64,000 nt of DNA from Candidatus Omnitrophota bacterium (lineage in GTDB: Bacteria; Omnitrophota; Gorgyraeia; Gorgyraeales; Gorgyraeaceae), in contig JBHPFI010000003.1 in assembly GCA_042572045.1 (NCBI GenBank), forward strand, positions 6,342 to 70,341, given 5' to 3'. Positions 10,761-20,636 of the stretch are shown in pieces (positions within the stretch are counted from its first letter, which is position 1; every line of letters starts with the position of its first letter). Made by a program: the position numbers and the translations under genes. Under the pieces are notes generated by a model that was given only the letters and a program-made list of their open reading frames with translations, did no database searches and had not been told where the DNA came from.

Positions 10761-11140
10761 GCCTTGCAAGAATAGACACAGGAAAACGCGGAGAGGATCT
10801 AGCTGTATCTTACTTGAAAAAGCAAGGATACAAAATAATAGAGAAAAATTATAAGACAAAACAGGGTGAGATAGACATAATAGGCCGCCACAGGGGTTGT
10901 GTTTGCTTTGTGGAGGTTCGCGCCAGAAACACAAGAAGGTTCGGTTTGCCAGAAGATTCGATTAACAGAAAAAAACAGACACAGATTGCAAAGGTAGCCT
11001 TGTCGTATATAAAAAGGTTTGGATTAGAAGAGGAGAATTGCAGATTTGACGTAGTGAGCGTGGAGAACGTAAATAGCATTTCTCCAAAGCTAAAGCTGCT
11101 CAGGAACGCGTTTGAGTTAGTCGATCAGTACAAATATTGA
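10757..11140 (+). CDS. yraN: YraN/UPF0102 family endonuclease
   Basis: GEDLAVSYLKKQGYKIIEKNYKTKQGEIDII...VEVRAR pattern, position after rnhB. Confidence 0.85.
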   Translation: MSLARIDTGKRGEDLAVSYLKKQGYKIIEKNYKTKQGEIDIIGRHRGCVCFVEVRARNTRRFGLPEDSINRKKQTQIAKVALSYIKRFGLEEENCRFDVVSVENVNSISPKLKLLRNAFELVDQYKY

Positions 11141-11192
11141 GGCAGGATCTTAATAAGGGGCTTTGCCTCGAACAAAAACCTGGAGGTGGATA

Positions 11193-12902
11193 TTGAAAAA
11201 GGTTCCTAGCGATCTTGAGATTGCGCAAGCTGCAAAGATAAAACCCATCCTTGAAATCGCCCGTCAGATAGGAATAAAAGAAGACTATCTGGAGCTGTAC
11301 GGAAAATATAAGGCCAAGATATCCCTTTCTGTTTTGGACCACCTGAAAGATAAACCACAAGGAAAATTTATAGACGTTACCGCGATTACGCCTACGCCTC
11401 TAGGAGAAGGCAAGACCGTGACCACCATAGGTCTGAGCCTGGGACTTGCAAAGATCGGTAAAAGCGTCATAACAACTCTAAGGCAGCCCTCTATGGGGCC
11501 TGTGTTTGGAATAAAAGGAGGGGCAGCAGGTGGAGGGTATTCTCAGGTTTTGCCTATGGAAGATATTAATCTACATTTCACGGGGGACATCCATGCAGTA
11601 GGCGCGGCAAATAACCTCCTTGCGGCATTTATCGACAATCATTTATTAAAAGGGAACAAGCTCGACATAGACCCGGATTCAATTGTTGTCAGAAGGGTAG
11701 TTGATATAAGCGACAGGGCATTACGCCAGATCAGGATCGGTCTTGGCGGAAAAGAAAACGGCGTGCCCAGGGACACCGGATTTGATATAACAGTTGCAAG
11801 TGAAGTAATGGCAATACTTGCCTTAACAACAGGCCTGGATGATTTGAGAAAAAGATTAGGGAGAATGGTGGTTGCCTCTACTAAGGCAGGCAGGGCTGTT
11901 ACCGCAGAGGATTTAAAATGCGCGGGAGCGATGACCGTGCTTTTAAAAGATGCCATAAAGCCAAATCTTATTCAAACTACGGAGAACACGCCTTGCATTA
12001 TGCATGCAGGCCCTTTTGCCAACATTGCTCACGGAAACAATTCTGTGTTGGCCGACCTCATAGCTTTAAGGCTCGCGGATTACGTGGTAACTGAAAGCGG
12101 CTTTGGGGCTGATTGCGGGGCAGAGAAATTTTTGGATATAAAATGCAGGGCCAAAGGCCTTAAGCCACCTGATGGCATAGTGCTTGTATGCACTGTAAAG
12201 GCGCTGAAGATGCATGGAGGCGCCTTCCAAGCCATTCCTGGAAGGCCAATGGACATGGAGCTAGTGAAAAAAGAAAATGTAGAGGCAGTAATAAAAGGCT
12301 CGGGGAATCTTGTAAAGCATATAGAAAACTTAAAGTTGTTCGGCGTGCCGGTAGTGGTTGCTGTAAATAAATTTCTCTATGACGCCGAGAGGGAGATAAA
12401 TGCAATAAAAGATATAGCCAAAAAAGCGGGCGCAATGGATGTTGTTTTGAGCGAGGTCTGGGAAAAAGGCGGAGAAGGCGGAAAGGATCTGGCAAGGGCC
12501 GTAGTCAAGATGTGCGAACAAAAATCTAATTTTAAATTCCTATACGAGCTAGACTTGCCTATAAAAGAAAAGATAGAAAAAATCGCGAAAAAGATTTACG
12601 GGGCTAAGGGCGTAGAGTATTCGGAGGAGGCTGAAAAGAAAATAGCTTGTTACACAAAACTGGGCTATGATAAATTGCCTATAAACATGGCAAAGACCCA
12701 TCTTTCACTTTCGCATGACCCTAGCTTAAAAGGAAGGCCCGAAGGCTTTACCCTTCCGGTCAGGGATATCAGGATTTCAGCAGGCGCAGGATTTTTGTAT
12801 CCATTGTGCGGAACAATGCGCACTATGCCAGGCTTACCGTCAGTACCCGCTGGAACAAAGGTGGATATAGACAAAGACGGGAAAGTGGCAGGGCTATTTT
12901 AA
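11193..12902 (+). CDS. fhs: formate--tetrahydrofolate ligase
   Basis: PTPLGEGKTVTTIGL nucleotide loop, full-length similarity to FTHFS. TTG at 11193 is preceded by GGAGGTGG. Confidence 0.95.
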   Translation: MKKVPSDLEIAQAAKIKPILEIARQIGIKEDYLELYGKYKAKISLSVLDHLKDKPQGKFIDVTAITPTPLGEGKTVTTIGLSLGLAKIGKSVITTLRQPSMGPVFGIKGGAAGGGYSQVLPMEDINLHFTGDIHAVGAANNLLAAFIDNHLLKGNKLDIDPDSIVVRRVVDISDRALRQIRIGLGGKENGVPRDTGFDITVASEVMAILALTTGLDDLRKRLGRMVVASTKAGRAVTAEDLKCAGAMTVLLKDAIKPNLIQTTENTPCIMHAGPFANIAHGNNSVLADLIALRLADYVVTESGFGADCGAEKFLDIKCRAKGLKPPDGIVLVCTVKALKMHGGAFQAIPGRPMDMELVKKENVEAVIKGSGNLVKHIENLKLFGVPVVVAVNKFLYDAEREINAIKDIAKKAGAMDVVLSEVWEKGGEGGKDLARAVVKMCEQKSNFKFLYELDLPIKEKIEKIAKKIYGAKGVEYSEEAEKKIACYTKLGYDKLPINMAKTHLSLSHDPSLKGRPEGFTLPVRDIRISAGAGFLYPLCGTMRTMPGLPSVPAGTKVDIDKDGKVAGLF

Positions 12903-13501
12903 TGTACATTTCCGGATCCATTAAAAGATACGTTGAAGATCTGGCGGCTCGTAAACCAGCGCCAGGAGGGGGAAGCGCTGCGGCTTTTTCAGGAGCGCTT
13001 GGGGTAGCGTTACTTGAGATGGTGTGCAACTTCACGCTTGGAAACGAAAAATATAAAGACCTTGGAGTGGACATGCAAACTTACCTCGCATCTTTAAGGA
13101 AGATAGAAAAAGAGTTTTGTTCATTAATAGACGATGATGTAAAATGCTATTCGGTTATACGAGATGCCTTTAAGTCAAAAGATAAAAAAGTTATTGATAA
13201 GGCCCTAAAAGACGGCTATCGTACCTCTTTAAAAACATGCAAGGTATCTATCGAGGCCTTGAAAATAGCTGTCTTGCTCCCGGAAAAAGGCAACCCCAAC
13301 TTAATAACAGATGTTGGCTGTGGCGCTGAGCTCTTAGAGGCCTCTTTTAACTCCGGAATTTTTAATGCTGAGATAAACCTAAAAGGCTTAGAGGATGAGG
13401 ATTTTATAAAAAAAGAACGGGCTTTGCTGGAAGAAATAAAAAAAGAAAGTACTTTTTTATACAAGGACGCGATAAGTAAAACCCAAAATAAAATGAGGTG
13501 A
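12902..13501 (+). CDS. fchA: methenyl-THF cyclohydrolase / cyclodeaminase-family protein (FchA-like)
   Basis: RKPAPGGGSAAAFSGALG motif. ATG shares one base with the fhs stop (TAATG). Confidence 0.85.
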   Translation: MYISGSIKRYVEDLAARKPAPGGGSAAAFSGALGVALLEMVCNFTLGNEKYKDLGVDMQTYLASLRKIEKEFCSLIDDDVKCYSVIRDAFKSKDKKVIDKALKDGYRTSLKTCKVSIEALKIAVLLPEKGNPNLITDVGCGAELLEASFNSGIFNAEINLKGLEDEDFIKKERALLEEIKKESTFLYKDAISKTQNKMR

Positions 13502-13503
13502 CC

Positions 13504-14364
13504 ATGGCTGCAAGTCTCTTGGACGGAAAAACCCTTTCAAAAAACATCAAGGAAGAAATAAAAAAAGAGGTCGAGCTTCTAAAAACAAAATACAATAAAA
13601 CGCCTAAATTGGTCAGTATCCAGGTTGGCGAGAACCCTGCCTCAGAGGTATATTTGAAATCCCAGAAAAAAAACGCTGAAAACCTCAGCATAGAATACCG
13701 CCTTGAGAAGTTAGACCAAAAGATATCTCAGGATGAGCTTGTAAAGGTAATCGACGGGTTTAACAAGGATAAATCAGTAAACGGTATCATGATTCAGATG
13801 CCGCTTCCTTCCCAGGTAGACGCTAAATTGATTTCGCGATATATATGTCCTTTAAAGGATGTTGAGGCTGTGCACCCTGAGAACATGGGGGAGATCGTGT
13901 TTGGAAACGCAAAGATCTTGCCGTGCACAGCTGCCAGCTGCATGGAGCTTTTGAATTCAATAGAATCGCTTGAGCTGTACGGAAAGGAAGTGGTTATCGT
14001 CGGTCACAGCGAAATAGTTGGAAAACCATTGGCATTAATGCTCTTGAATAAATTTGCCACTACCACTGTCTGTCATATCGCGACTGGCGAAAGGGGTAGG
14101 CTTCCGGAATTTGTTAAAAACGCGGAGATATTGGTCGTGGCCGTTGGTAAGGCAGAACTTATCAAAGGCGAATGGGTGAAGGATGGCGCTATTGTAATTG
14201 ATGTTGGGATAAACAGGGTTGAGGGAAAGCTCGTAGGCGATGTAGAATTTGACAGCGCTCAGGAAAAGGCTTCTTATATTACCCCTGTGCCGGGCGGCGT
14301 AGGACCGCTGACTGTGGCAATATTAATGAAAAATCTTGTGACGGCATATAAACTACAACAATAA
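13504..14364 (+). CDS. folD: bifunctional methylene-THF dehydrogenase / methenyl-THF cyclohydrolase
   Basis: LLDGK N-terminus, PVPGGVGPLTVA C-terminal motif. ATG 13504 follows GAGGTGA. Confidence 0.95.
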   Translation: MAASLLDGKTLSKNIKEEIKKEVELLKTKYNKTPKLVSIQVGENPASEVYLKSQKKNAENLSIEYRLEKLDQKISQDELVKVIDGFNKDKSVNGIMIQMPLPSQVDAKLISRYICPLKDVEAVHPENMGEIVFGNAKILPCTAASCMELLNSIESLELYGKEVVIVGHSEIVGKPLALMLLNKFATTTVCHIATGERGRLPEFVKNAEILVVAVGKAELIKGEWVKDGAIVIDVGINRVEGKLVGDVEFDSAQEKASYITPVPGGVGPLTVAILMKNLVTAYKLQQ

Positions 14365-14376
14365 GAGGTGTGTAAA

Positions 14377-15243
14377 ATGTCCTTATGCGATAAAACCAAA
14401 GCAGGAAAATTCATCCTTACCTCTGAGATAGGCCCGCCAAAAGGCACTGACATCGAAGAGGTGTTAAAAGACGCCCTCCTTATCAAAGACAGGGTAGATG
14501 CCGTAAACGTGACTGACCTGCAGAGTTCTGTCATGCGCGTTGGGTCTTTGGCCATCTGCAAACTTTTGATAGAACGCGGGATAGAGCCTGTATTTCAGAT
14601 TACCTGCAGAGACAGGAACAGGCTCGCCCTGCAATCAGATCTCTTGTCCGCATCTGTTTTTGGGATAAAGAATGTGCTGGCGCTCACAGGGGATCATCCT
14701 GCTCTTGGCGACCATCCGCAGGCAAAGCCTGTGTTTGACATGGATTCAGTGCAGTTGCTTGATGCAATCAGGGGACTGGCCTCAGGAAAAGATATGGCAG
14801 GAAAAGAATTAAAAGGCTCTCCTGAATTCTGCGTAGGAGCGGTTGTGAACCCCGGGGCCGACCCAATAGAACCCGAGATCATAAAGATGGAAAAAAAGAT
14901 TGATAGGGGCGCGCAGTTTTTTCAGACCCAGGCGATTTACGATATAGATTTATTTAAAAAATTTATGGAGGCCACAGGGCATTTAAAAACCACGATTATC
15001 GCGGGCATTGTGCTTTTAAAATCCGCCGGCATGGCCAGATTTATGAACAAAAACGTCAGCGGGGTGTTCGTGCCCGATCACCTTATAGAGGAAATGGACA
15101 AGACGCAGGATAAGAGCGCCAAGTCGATAGAGATAGCGGCGCGGCTTATAAAGGAACTCAAGCCCATGTGTCAGGGCATTCACGTCATGCCCATTGGGTG
15201 GGATAAGAAGGTCCCTTTGGTCCTTGACGCAGCTGGATTATGA
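14377..15243 (+). CDS. metF: methylenetetrahydrofolate reductase, acetogen/anaerobe type
   Basis: TSEIGPPKG, ALTGDHP, FFQTQAIYD blocks typical of MetF of anaerobes. ATG 14377 follows AGAGG. Confidence 0.85.
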   Translation: MSLCDKTKAGKFILTSEIGPPKGTDIEEVLKDALLIKDRVDAVNVTDLQSSVMRVGSLAICKLLIERGIEPVFQITCRDRNRLALQSDLLSASVFGIKNVLALTGDHPALGDHPQAKPVFDMDSVQLLDAIRGLASGKDMAGKELKGSPEFCVGAVVNPGADPIEPEIIKMEKKIDRGAQFFQTQAIYDIDLFKKFMEATGHLKTTIIAGIVLLKSAGMARFMNKNVSGVFVPDHLIEEMDKTQDKSAKSIEIAARLIKELKPMCQGIHVMPIGWDKKVPLVLDAAGL

Positions 15244-15974
15244 AAATAGCCATTACTGGAAAAGGCGGCGCGGGAAAGACTTCTATTGCGGCAGGGCTTG
15301 CTTTTATTTTTAGAGATCAAGGCAAGAAGGTAATAGCGATAGATGCCGACCCTGATGCAAACCTTGCGACAGCGATAGGGCTTCCTGAAAGGCCTACGCC
15401 GATCGCTGAATTAAAAAAAATAATACTTGAGCGCACGGGAGAAGTCGGCGCATTTTTTAAGCTGAACCCCAAGGTAGACGATATCCCGGATAAATTTTCA
15501 AAACTTTATAACGGCATCAGGCTTATAGAGATGGGGACTGTAAAAAAAGGCGGGAGCGGTTGCGTTTGTCCGGAAAGCGCATTTCTAAAGGCATTGTTGA
15601 GTCATGTATTTTTAAACAGGGATGAAGTTATCGTGGTGGATATGGAGGCCGGGGTAGAGCACTTAGGAAGAGGTACGGCTGGGGCAGTGGATAAATTTAT
15701 AATAGCGGTAGAGCCGAATTTTACATCGCTGGATACTGCCAGCAAGATAAAAAATCTGGCTGAGAATTTGAAAGTGAAAGAGGTATTTGTCATAGGGAAC
15801 AAGATCCGTTCCGGCCAGGACAAGGATTTTATAAATAAGAATATAAAGGGCTTGAGGGTCGAAGGGTTTATAGACCTGGATGAAAATCTTTTAGCTGCAA
15901 GAGGCGCCCTGCCGAGTGATTCGCAATTCATAAAAGATCTGGAGGAGGTCATAAATGTCAAAACCAACGGGTAA
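15240..15974 (+). CDS. cooC: CODH nickel-insertion accessory ATPase CooC
   Basis: P-loop GKGGAGKT and metal-binding C-x-C (GSGCVCPE). 4-nt overlap with metF. Confidence 0.9.
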   Translation: MKIAITGKGGAGKTSIAAGLAFIFRDQGKKVIAIDADPDANLATAIGLPERPTPIAELKKIILERTGEVGAFFKLNPKVDDIPDKFSKLYNGIRLIEMGTVKKGGSGCVCPESAFLKALLSHVFLNRDEVIVVDMEAGVEHLGRGTAGAVDKFIIAVEPNFTSLDTASKIKNLAENLKVKEVFVIGNKIRSGQDKDFINKNIKGLRVEGFIDLDENLLAARGALPSDSQFIKDLEEVINVKTNG

Positions 15975-17877
15975 TCCTGTAAATGATAAGCTGATAGAAC
16001 TTGCCAAAAAGAACAACATCGCTACAGTATGGGATCGCTTTGCAGAGCAGGAACCGCAATGCGGTTTTGGTGCGCTAGGGGTGTGTTGCAAGATATGTAA
16101 TCTGGGCCCTTGTCGCATAGACCCATTTGGTGAGGGCGCACAAGTCGGTACATGCGGGGCAGATGCCGATATCATAGCCGCGAGAAACCTTGTACGCAAC
16201 GCTGCTGCGGGCGCCGCGTGTCACTCTGATCACGGCCGTGATCTTGCCAGGACTTTACTTGAATTAGGCAGGGGGCAGGCAAAGGATTATCAGATAAAAG
16301 ACCCAAAAAAATTACGAACCATGGCTCAAGAGTTTGGATTAAAGATAGATGGCAAAAATGACCTTAAGATAGCTGAAGAATTAGGTGAAAAGATCTTGAA
16401 GGAATTCGGCAATCAGGAAGGCGAACTCACGCTTCTCAAGAGAGCTCCAAAAAAACAGCGTGAAAACTGGAAAAAATTTAACGTGACTCCTGTAGGCATT
16501 GATATAGAAGTGGTCCAGGCTCTCTCGCGTACTCATATAGGGTGCGATAACGAATATAAACATGTGACTGAGCAGGGTATCAAAGCATCGCTTGCAGACG
16601 GCTGGGGCGGGTCCATGATAGCGACTGACCTTAGCGACATCCTTTTTGGCTCACCGCAGCCTATACGCGCGGAAGTAAATCTCGGCGTATTAAAAGAAGA
16701 CGAGGTGAATATTTTGGTCCATGGGCATGAGCCCACATTGTCAGACATGATAGTTACTGCCAGTCAAGACAAGGAAATCAGAGAGCTGGCAAAGAAAAGC
16801 GGCGCAAAAGGTATTAACCTTGCGGGCATATGTTGTACTGCCGCAGAGATTTTGATGAGGCATGGCATGCCTATGGCAGGAGGCTTCCTGCAGCAGGAGC
16901 TGGCAATAATTACGGGCGCAGTCGAAGCAATGGTCGTGGACATACAATGCATCATGCCTTCGCTTTCAGAGGTTGCCAAAAATTACCACACAAAACTCAT
17001 CTCTACTTCGCCAAAGGCAAAGTTTAAAGGAATAGAGCATATTGAGTTTCATGAAAAAGAGGCACTAAAAATCGCTAAAAAGATCTTGACCGAGGCTATT
17101 GAAAATTATAAAAATAGAGACAAGACCAAGGTGAATATCCCCAAAGAAAAAATGACTATCGTGGCTGGGTTTACCATGGAAAATGTCTTTTACAATCTCG
17201 GAGGCACTTTTAGAGGCACCTACAGGCCTCTCAATGACGCGATAATAAGCGGAAGGATAAGGGGCGTAGCAGGCGTTGTAGGTTGCGATAACCCTAAAAA
17301 TGAATCAAGCATGTGCCACGCTGATATGGTAAAACACCTTATAAAGAATGACGTGCTTGTAGTACAGACAGGTTGCTCTGCTGGCGCGTGCGGAAAGGCA
17401 GGGCTTTTGACGCCTGAGGCCGCATTTAAATATGCGGGGGACGGGCTTAAGGAGATCTGCGAAACAGTCGGCATACCGCCAATACTTCACACAGGTTCCT
17501 GTGTTGATAACACGAGGATCTTAACGGCATGCTGTGAAATGGTAAAAGAAGGCGGTATTGGCGCTAGCATTGACGAACTTCCTGTTGCAGGCGCAGCGCC
17601 CGAGTGGATGTCAGAAAAGGCAATAGCAATAGGGTGGTATTTTGTTACATCAGGCATTTTTGTCGTTATAGGCTCTCCTTTAAGGGTCCTTGGCAGCAAG
17701 AATGTCTCAAACTATATCTGTAATGAGATCGAGCCTATGTTTGGCGGTAAATGGGCATTTGAAAGCGATCCTGTAAAGGCAGCGCAACTTATGATCGAAC
17801 ATATTAATAAGAAGCGCGAGGCGCTTAAACTTGGGTCTATGATGTATGCTGAGGCAACAGTTGGAGCAAGGACATGA
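15955..17877 (+). CDS. acsA: anaerobic Ni,Fe carbon-monoxide dehydrogenase catalytic subunit (CooS/AcsA)
   Basis: N-terminal B/D-cluster cysteines CGFGALGVCCKICNLGPCR, 640 aa, conserved HGHEP and GSCVDN blocks. Confidence 0.95.
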   Translation: MSKPTGNPVNDKLIELAKKNNIATVWDRFAEQEPQCGFGALGVCCKICNLGPCRIDPFGEGAQVGTCGADADIIAARNLVRNAAAGAACHSDHGRDLARTLLELGRGQAKDYQIKDPKKLRTMAQEFGLKIDGKNDLKIAEELGEKILKEFGNQEGELTLLKRAPKKQRENWKKFNVTPVGIDIEVVQALSRTHIGCDNEYKHVTEQGIKASLADGWGGSMIATDLSDILFGSPQPIRAEVNLGVLKEDEVNILVHGHEPTLSDMIVTASQDKEIRELAKKSGAKGINLAGICCTAAEILMRHGMPMAGGFLQQELAIITGAVEAMVVDIQCIMPSLSEVAKNYHTKLISTSPKAKFKGIEHIEFHEKEALKIAKKILTEAIENYKNRDKTKVNIPKEKMTIVAGFTMENVFYNLGGTFRGTYRPLNDAIISGRIRGVAGVVGCDNPKNESSMCHADMVKHLIKNDVLVVQTGCSAGACGKAGLLTPEAAFKYAGDGLKEICETVGIPPILHTGSCVDNTRILTACCEMVKEGGIGASIDELPVAGAAPEWMSEKAIAIGWYFVTSGIFVVIGSPLRVLGSKNVSNYICNEIEPMFGGKWAFESDPVKAAQLMIEHINKKREALKLGSMMYAEATVGART

Positions 17878-18389
17878 AAGGGATCATTGTAATTGATCCG
17901 AAAAAATGTTTGGCATGCAGGACCTGTGAGCTTCAATGCGCAATAGCGCATTCGGAGTCAAAGGACCTGGCAAAGGCAATTTGTGAAGACCCTCTTCCTC
18001 AGACAAGGGTCAAGGTCGAGGGAATGGATGATTTAGCAATGCCTCTACAATGTCGGCACTGTGAAGATGCGCCTTGTGTTAAGATCTGTCCGACAGAAGC
18101 CACGATAAAATCAGAAGACGGCGGGCCCGTCCTGATAAAAGACAAGCTCTGCATCGGGTGCAAGTGGTGCGTACTGGTCTGTCCGTTTGGCGTGATTCGC
18201 ATGGCTAGAGGAGGCGCAGCTGTAACCAAATGCGACCTCTGCTTTGAAAGGCTTGAAAAAGGCGAAGCGCCTGCATGCGTAGCAGCGTGTCCGAGCAAGG
18301 CCATGCAGTTTAAGTCCATAGAAGAGGTATCCAAAGGCAAGAAAAGAGAGTATTTGGTCAAATTCAAAAAGGAGAAAGAGCTGATCTAA
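17874..18389 (+). CDS. CooF-like polyferredoxin with four CxxCxxCxxxCP-type motifs
   Basis: CLACRTCELQC, CRHCEDAPCVKICP, CIGCKWCVLVCP, CDLCF...ACVAACP. 4-nt overlap with acsA. Confidence 0.85.
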   Translation: MKGIIVIDPKKCLACRTCELQCAIAHSESKDLAKAICEDPLPQTRVKVEGMDDLAMPLQCRHCEDAPCVKICPTEATIKSEDGGPVLIKDKLCIGCKWCVLVCPFGVIRMARGGAAVTKCDLCFERLEKGEAPACVAACPSKAMQFKSIEEVSKGKKREYLVKFKKEKELI

Positions 18390-18844
18390 TGGCAAAGACC
18401 AGGGAATCTGAAAAAGTCGATGTGATTTGCATGCTGCAGGAGATCCAAAATAAACATAATTATCTGCCAAAAAAAGATCTTGAGCGCATAACAAAAAAAT
18501 TAAACATCCCCCTCAGTCAGACCTATAGCCTGGCTACATTTTATAAGGCGTTTAGCCTGAAGCCGCGCGGCAAGTTTTTGATCTCTGTATGCATGGGGAC
18601 TGCGTGTCATGTGCGCGGAGCCGAGAAGATCCTGGGTGAAATTCAAAGGACGCTAAAGATAAAACCTGGCCAAACATCAGAAGACCAGAAATTTACACTA
18701 GAGACTGTTAATTGTTTAGGGGCTTGCGCATTAGGCCCCTTAATGGTGGTTAATGGTGAATATTATGGCAGCATGAATGCCAAAAAGGTAAGCGCAGTTT
18801 TGAAAAAATATATTGCTCAAAAGAAAAATGCCCAAAAAAGCTAA
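18389..18844 (+). CDS. NuoE/HydC-like thioredoxin-fold [2Fe-2S] protein
   Basis: CMGTACHVRG ... CLGACALGP cysteine pattern. ATG overlaps the upstream stop by 1 nt. Confidence 0.85.
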   Translation: MAKTRESEKVDVICMLQEIQNKHNYLPKKDLERITKKLNIPLSQTYSLATFYKAFSLKPRGKFLISVCMGTACHVRGAEKILGEIQRTLKIKPGQTSEDQKFTLETVNCLGACALGPLMVVNGEYYGSMNAKKVSAVLKKYIAQKKNAQKS

Positions 18845-20636
18845 AAAATCTGCTTTATCCAAAAAAGATTCTGACAAGCCTTGTATTGCGATATGCAAAG
18901 GCACAGGATGTTCTGTATCCGGCGCGGCTGGACTGGAAGAGGCATTCAAGAAAGAGATAGCTGTAAAAAAGATATCTCAAAAGGTGACTGTCCGCACCAC
19001 TGGTTGCCATGGGTTCTGTGAAAGAGGTCCGGTGGTCGTGATACATCCAAGCAAGATCTTTTATCAGAGAGTACAAGCAAAAGATGCGCCAGATATAATC
19101 CAGACAACGATCATCGAAAATAAAACAGTCGATCGCTTATTATATAAAGATCCGGCAACCGGAGAAAAAATAACCCATGAACATGAAATACCTTTTTATA
19201 AAAAACAGCTAAGGCTTATTTTTGGCAATAATGGCAAGATCGATCCTACACAGATCGAAGATTATATCGCAATAGGCGGCTATAGCTCCCTATCTAAAGC
19301 AAGAACCAAGATGTCTTCTGAGGCGGTGATTGAGGAAATAAAAAATTCTGGATTGCGAGGTCGTGGTGGCGGCGGCTTTCCTACTGGCAGAAAATGGGAA
19401 TCATGCTACAAAGCCGAAGGCAAAATTAAATATGTGATCTGTAATGCGGATGAAGGGGATCCTGGCACTTTTCAGGATAGGAGCATTCTTGAAGGAAATC
19501 CTCATGCTGTCATAGAGGGCATGCTGATAGGCGCCTATAGTGTTGGAGCAAAAGAAGGCTATATATATGTGCGCAATGAATATCCTTTGGCAATAAAACA
19601 CGTTGAGATCGCCTTGCGCCAGGCGCGAGAACACGGGTTCCTTGGTAAGGATTTTAATATTTACATACAGAGGGGCGGAGGCGCATTTGTATGCGGTGAG
19701 TCCTCTGCATTAATGGCTTCCATAGAAGGCAGGCTTGGTGAGCCCAGATTTAAGCATGCTCATGCAACTGAAAAGGGTCTTTGGGACAGGCCTACGACTT
19801 TAAATAATGTTAAGACATGGGCAGCTGTGCCATTGATCATAAATAAAGGCGCTAGGTGGTTTGCAAAGATAGGGACTGAAAAAAGCAAAGGCACAATGAT
19901 ATTTTCTCTGGTAGGAAATATTAATAATACCGGCCTCGTTGAAGTGCCAATGGGCATAACATTGCGCAAGTTGATCTATGAAATAGGTGGCGGCATACCC
20001 GGCGGAAAAAAACTAAAGGCGGTCCAGACAGGCGGCCCATCAGGCGGATGTATTCCAGAAAAACTATTGGACCTGCCAGTAGACTATGAAAGACTGTCTG
20101 ATGCAGGCTCAATGATGGGGTCCGGCGGCATGATAGTCATGGATGAGGCCACCTGCATGGTCAATATAGCCAGGTACTTTTTATCGTTTACCATAAATGA
20201 ATCCTGCGGAAAATGCACGCCCTGTCGCGAAGGCACAACTCATATGTTAGATACGCTTACCAGGATTACTAAGGGCCAGGGAATAACTGGAGACGTTGAG
20301 CTCCTAGAGGAATTAGGAAACTTGACCAAGGCAACTTCTTTGTGCGCATTGGGTAAAAGCGCGCCAAACCCTGTATTGACTACTATAAAATATTTTCGCG
20401 ACGAGTATGAATCGCATATCAATGATAAAAAATGTCCAGCTGGCACCTGTACCGCGCTGATACAGTATTCTATCGATGAATCCAGGTGCACTGGCTGCGG
20501 TGTTTGCAAAAACGAATGTCCTGAAAAGGTTATTTCCGGAGAAAAGAAAAAGAAACATAAGATAGACCAGCTTAAGTGCATTAAATGCGGAATCTGCAAC
20601 GACGTCTGTAAATTCGAGGCTGTCAAGATATCATGA
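18828..20636 (+). CDS. NuoF/HydB-like NAD(P)H-binding FMN flavoprotein with N-terminal 2Fe-2S domain and C-terminal 2x[4Fe-4S] domain
   Basis: CKGTGC...GCHGFCERGP (N-terminal 2Fe-2S), GLRGRGGGGFPTGRKW (FMN), ESCGKCTPCREG, C-terminal CTGCGVCKNECP + CIKCGICNDVC. Start could be 18813 or 18828. Confidence 0.85.
   Translation: MPKKAKKSALSKKDSDKPCIAICKGTGCSVSGAAGLEEAFKKEIAVKKISQKVTVRTTGCHGFCERGPVVVIHPSKIFYQRVQAKDAPDIIQTTIIENKTVDRLLYKDPATGEKITHEHEIPFYKKQLRLIFGNNGKIDPTQIEDYIAIGGYSSLSKARTKMSSEAVIEEIKNSGLRGRGGGGFPTGRKWESCYKAEGKIKYVICNADEGDPGTFQDRSILEGNPHAVIEGMLIGAYSVGAKEGYIYVRNEYPLAIKHVEIALRQAREHGFLGKDFNIYIQRGGGAFVCGESSALMASIEGRLGEPRFKHAHATEKGLWDRPTTLNNVKTWAAVPLIINKGARWFAKIGTEKSKGTMIFSLVGNINNTGLVEVPMGITLRKLIYEIGGGIPGGKKLKAVQTGGPSGGCIPEKLLDLPVDYERLSDAGSMMGSGGMIVMDEATCMVNIARYFLSFTINESCGKCTPCREGTTHMLDTLTRITKGQGITGDVELLEELGNLTKATSLCALGKSAPNPVLTTIKYFRDEYESHINDKKCPAGTCTALIQYSIDESRCTGCGVCKNECPEKVISGEKKKKHKIDQLKCIKCGICNDVCKFEAVKIS

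Noticed and set aside
12806-12901. Upstream in-frame extensions of several track ORFs (fchA 12806, lepB 38395, flippase-like 51057, efp 53809, pfk 56904, gmhA 58031, rnhB 10053, acsV 39698, dinG 27662)
   Set aside because: The extensions overlap the preceding conserved gene or a repeat or promoter. They encode Arg/Lys-rich or nonsense-looking peptides. Each is followed by an internal ATG with an SD and a family-typical N-terminus.
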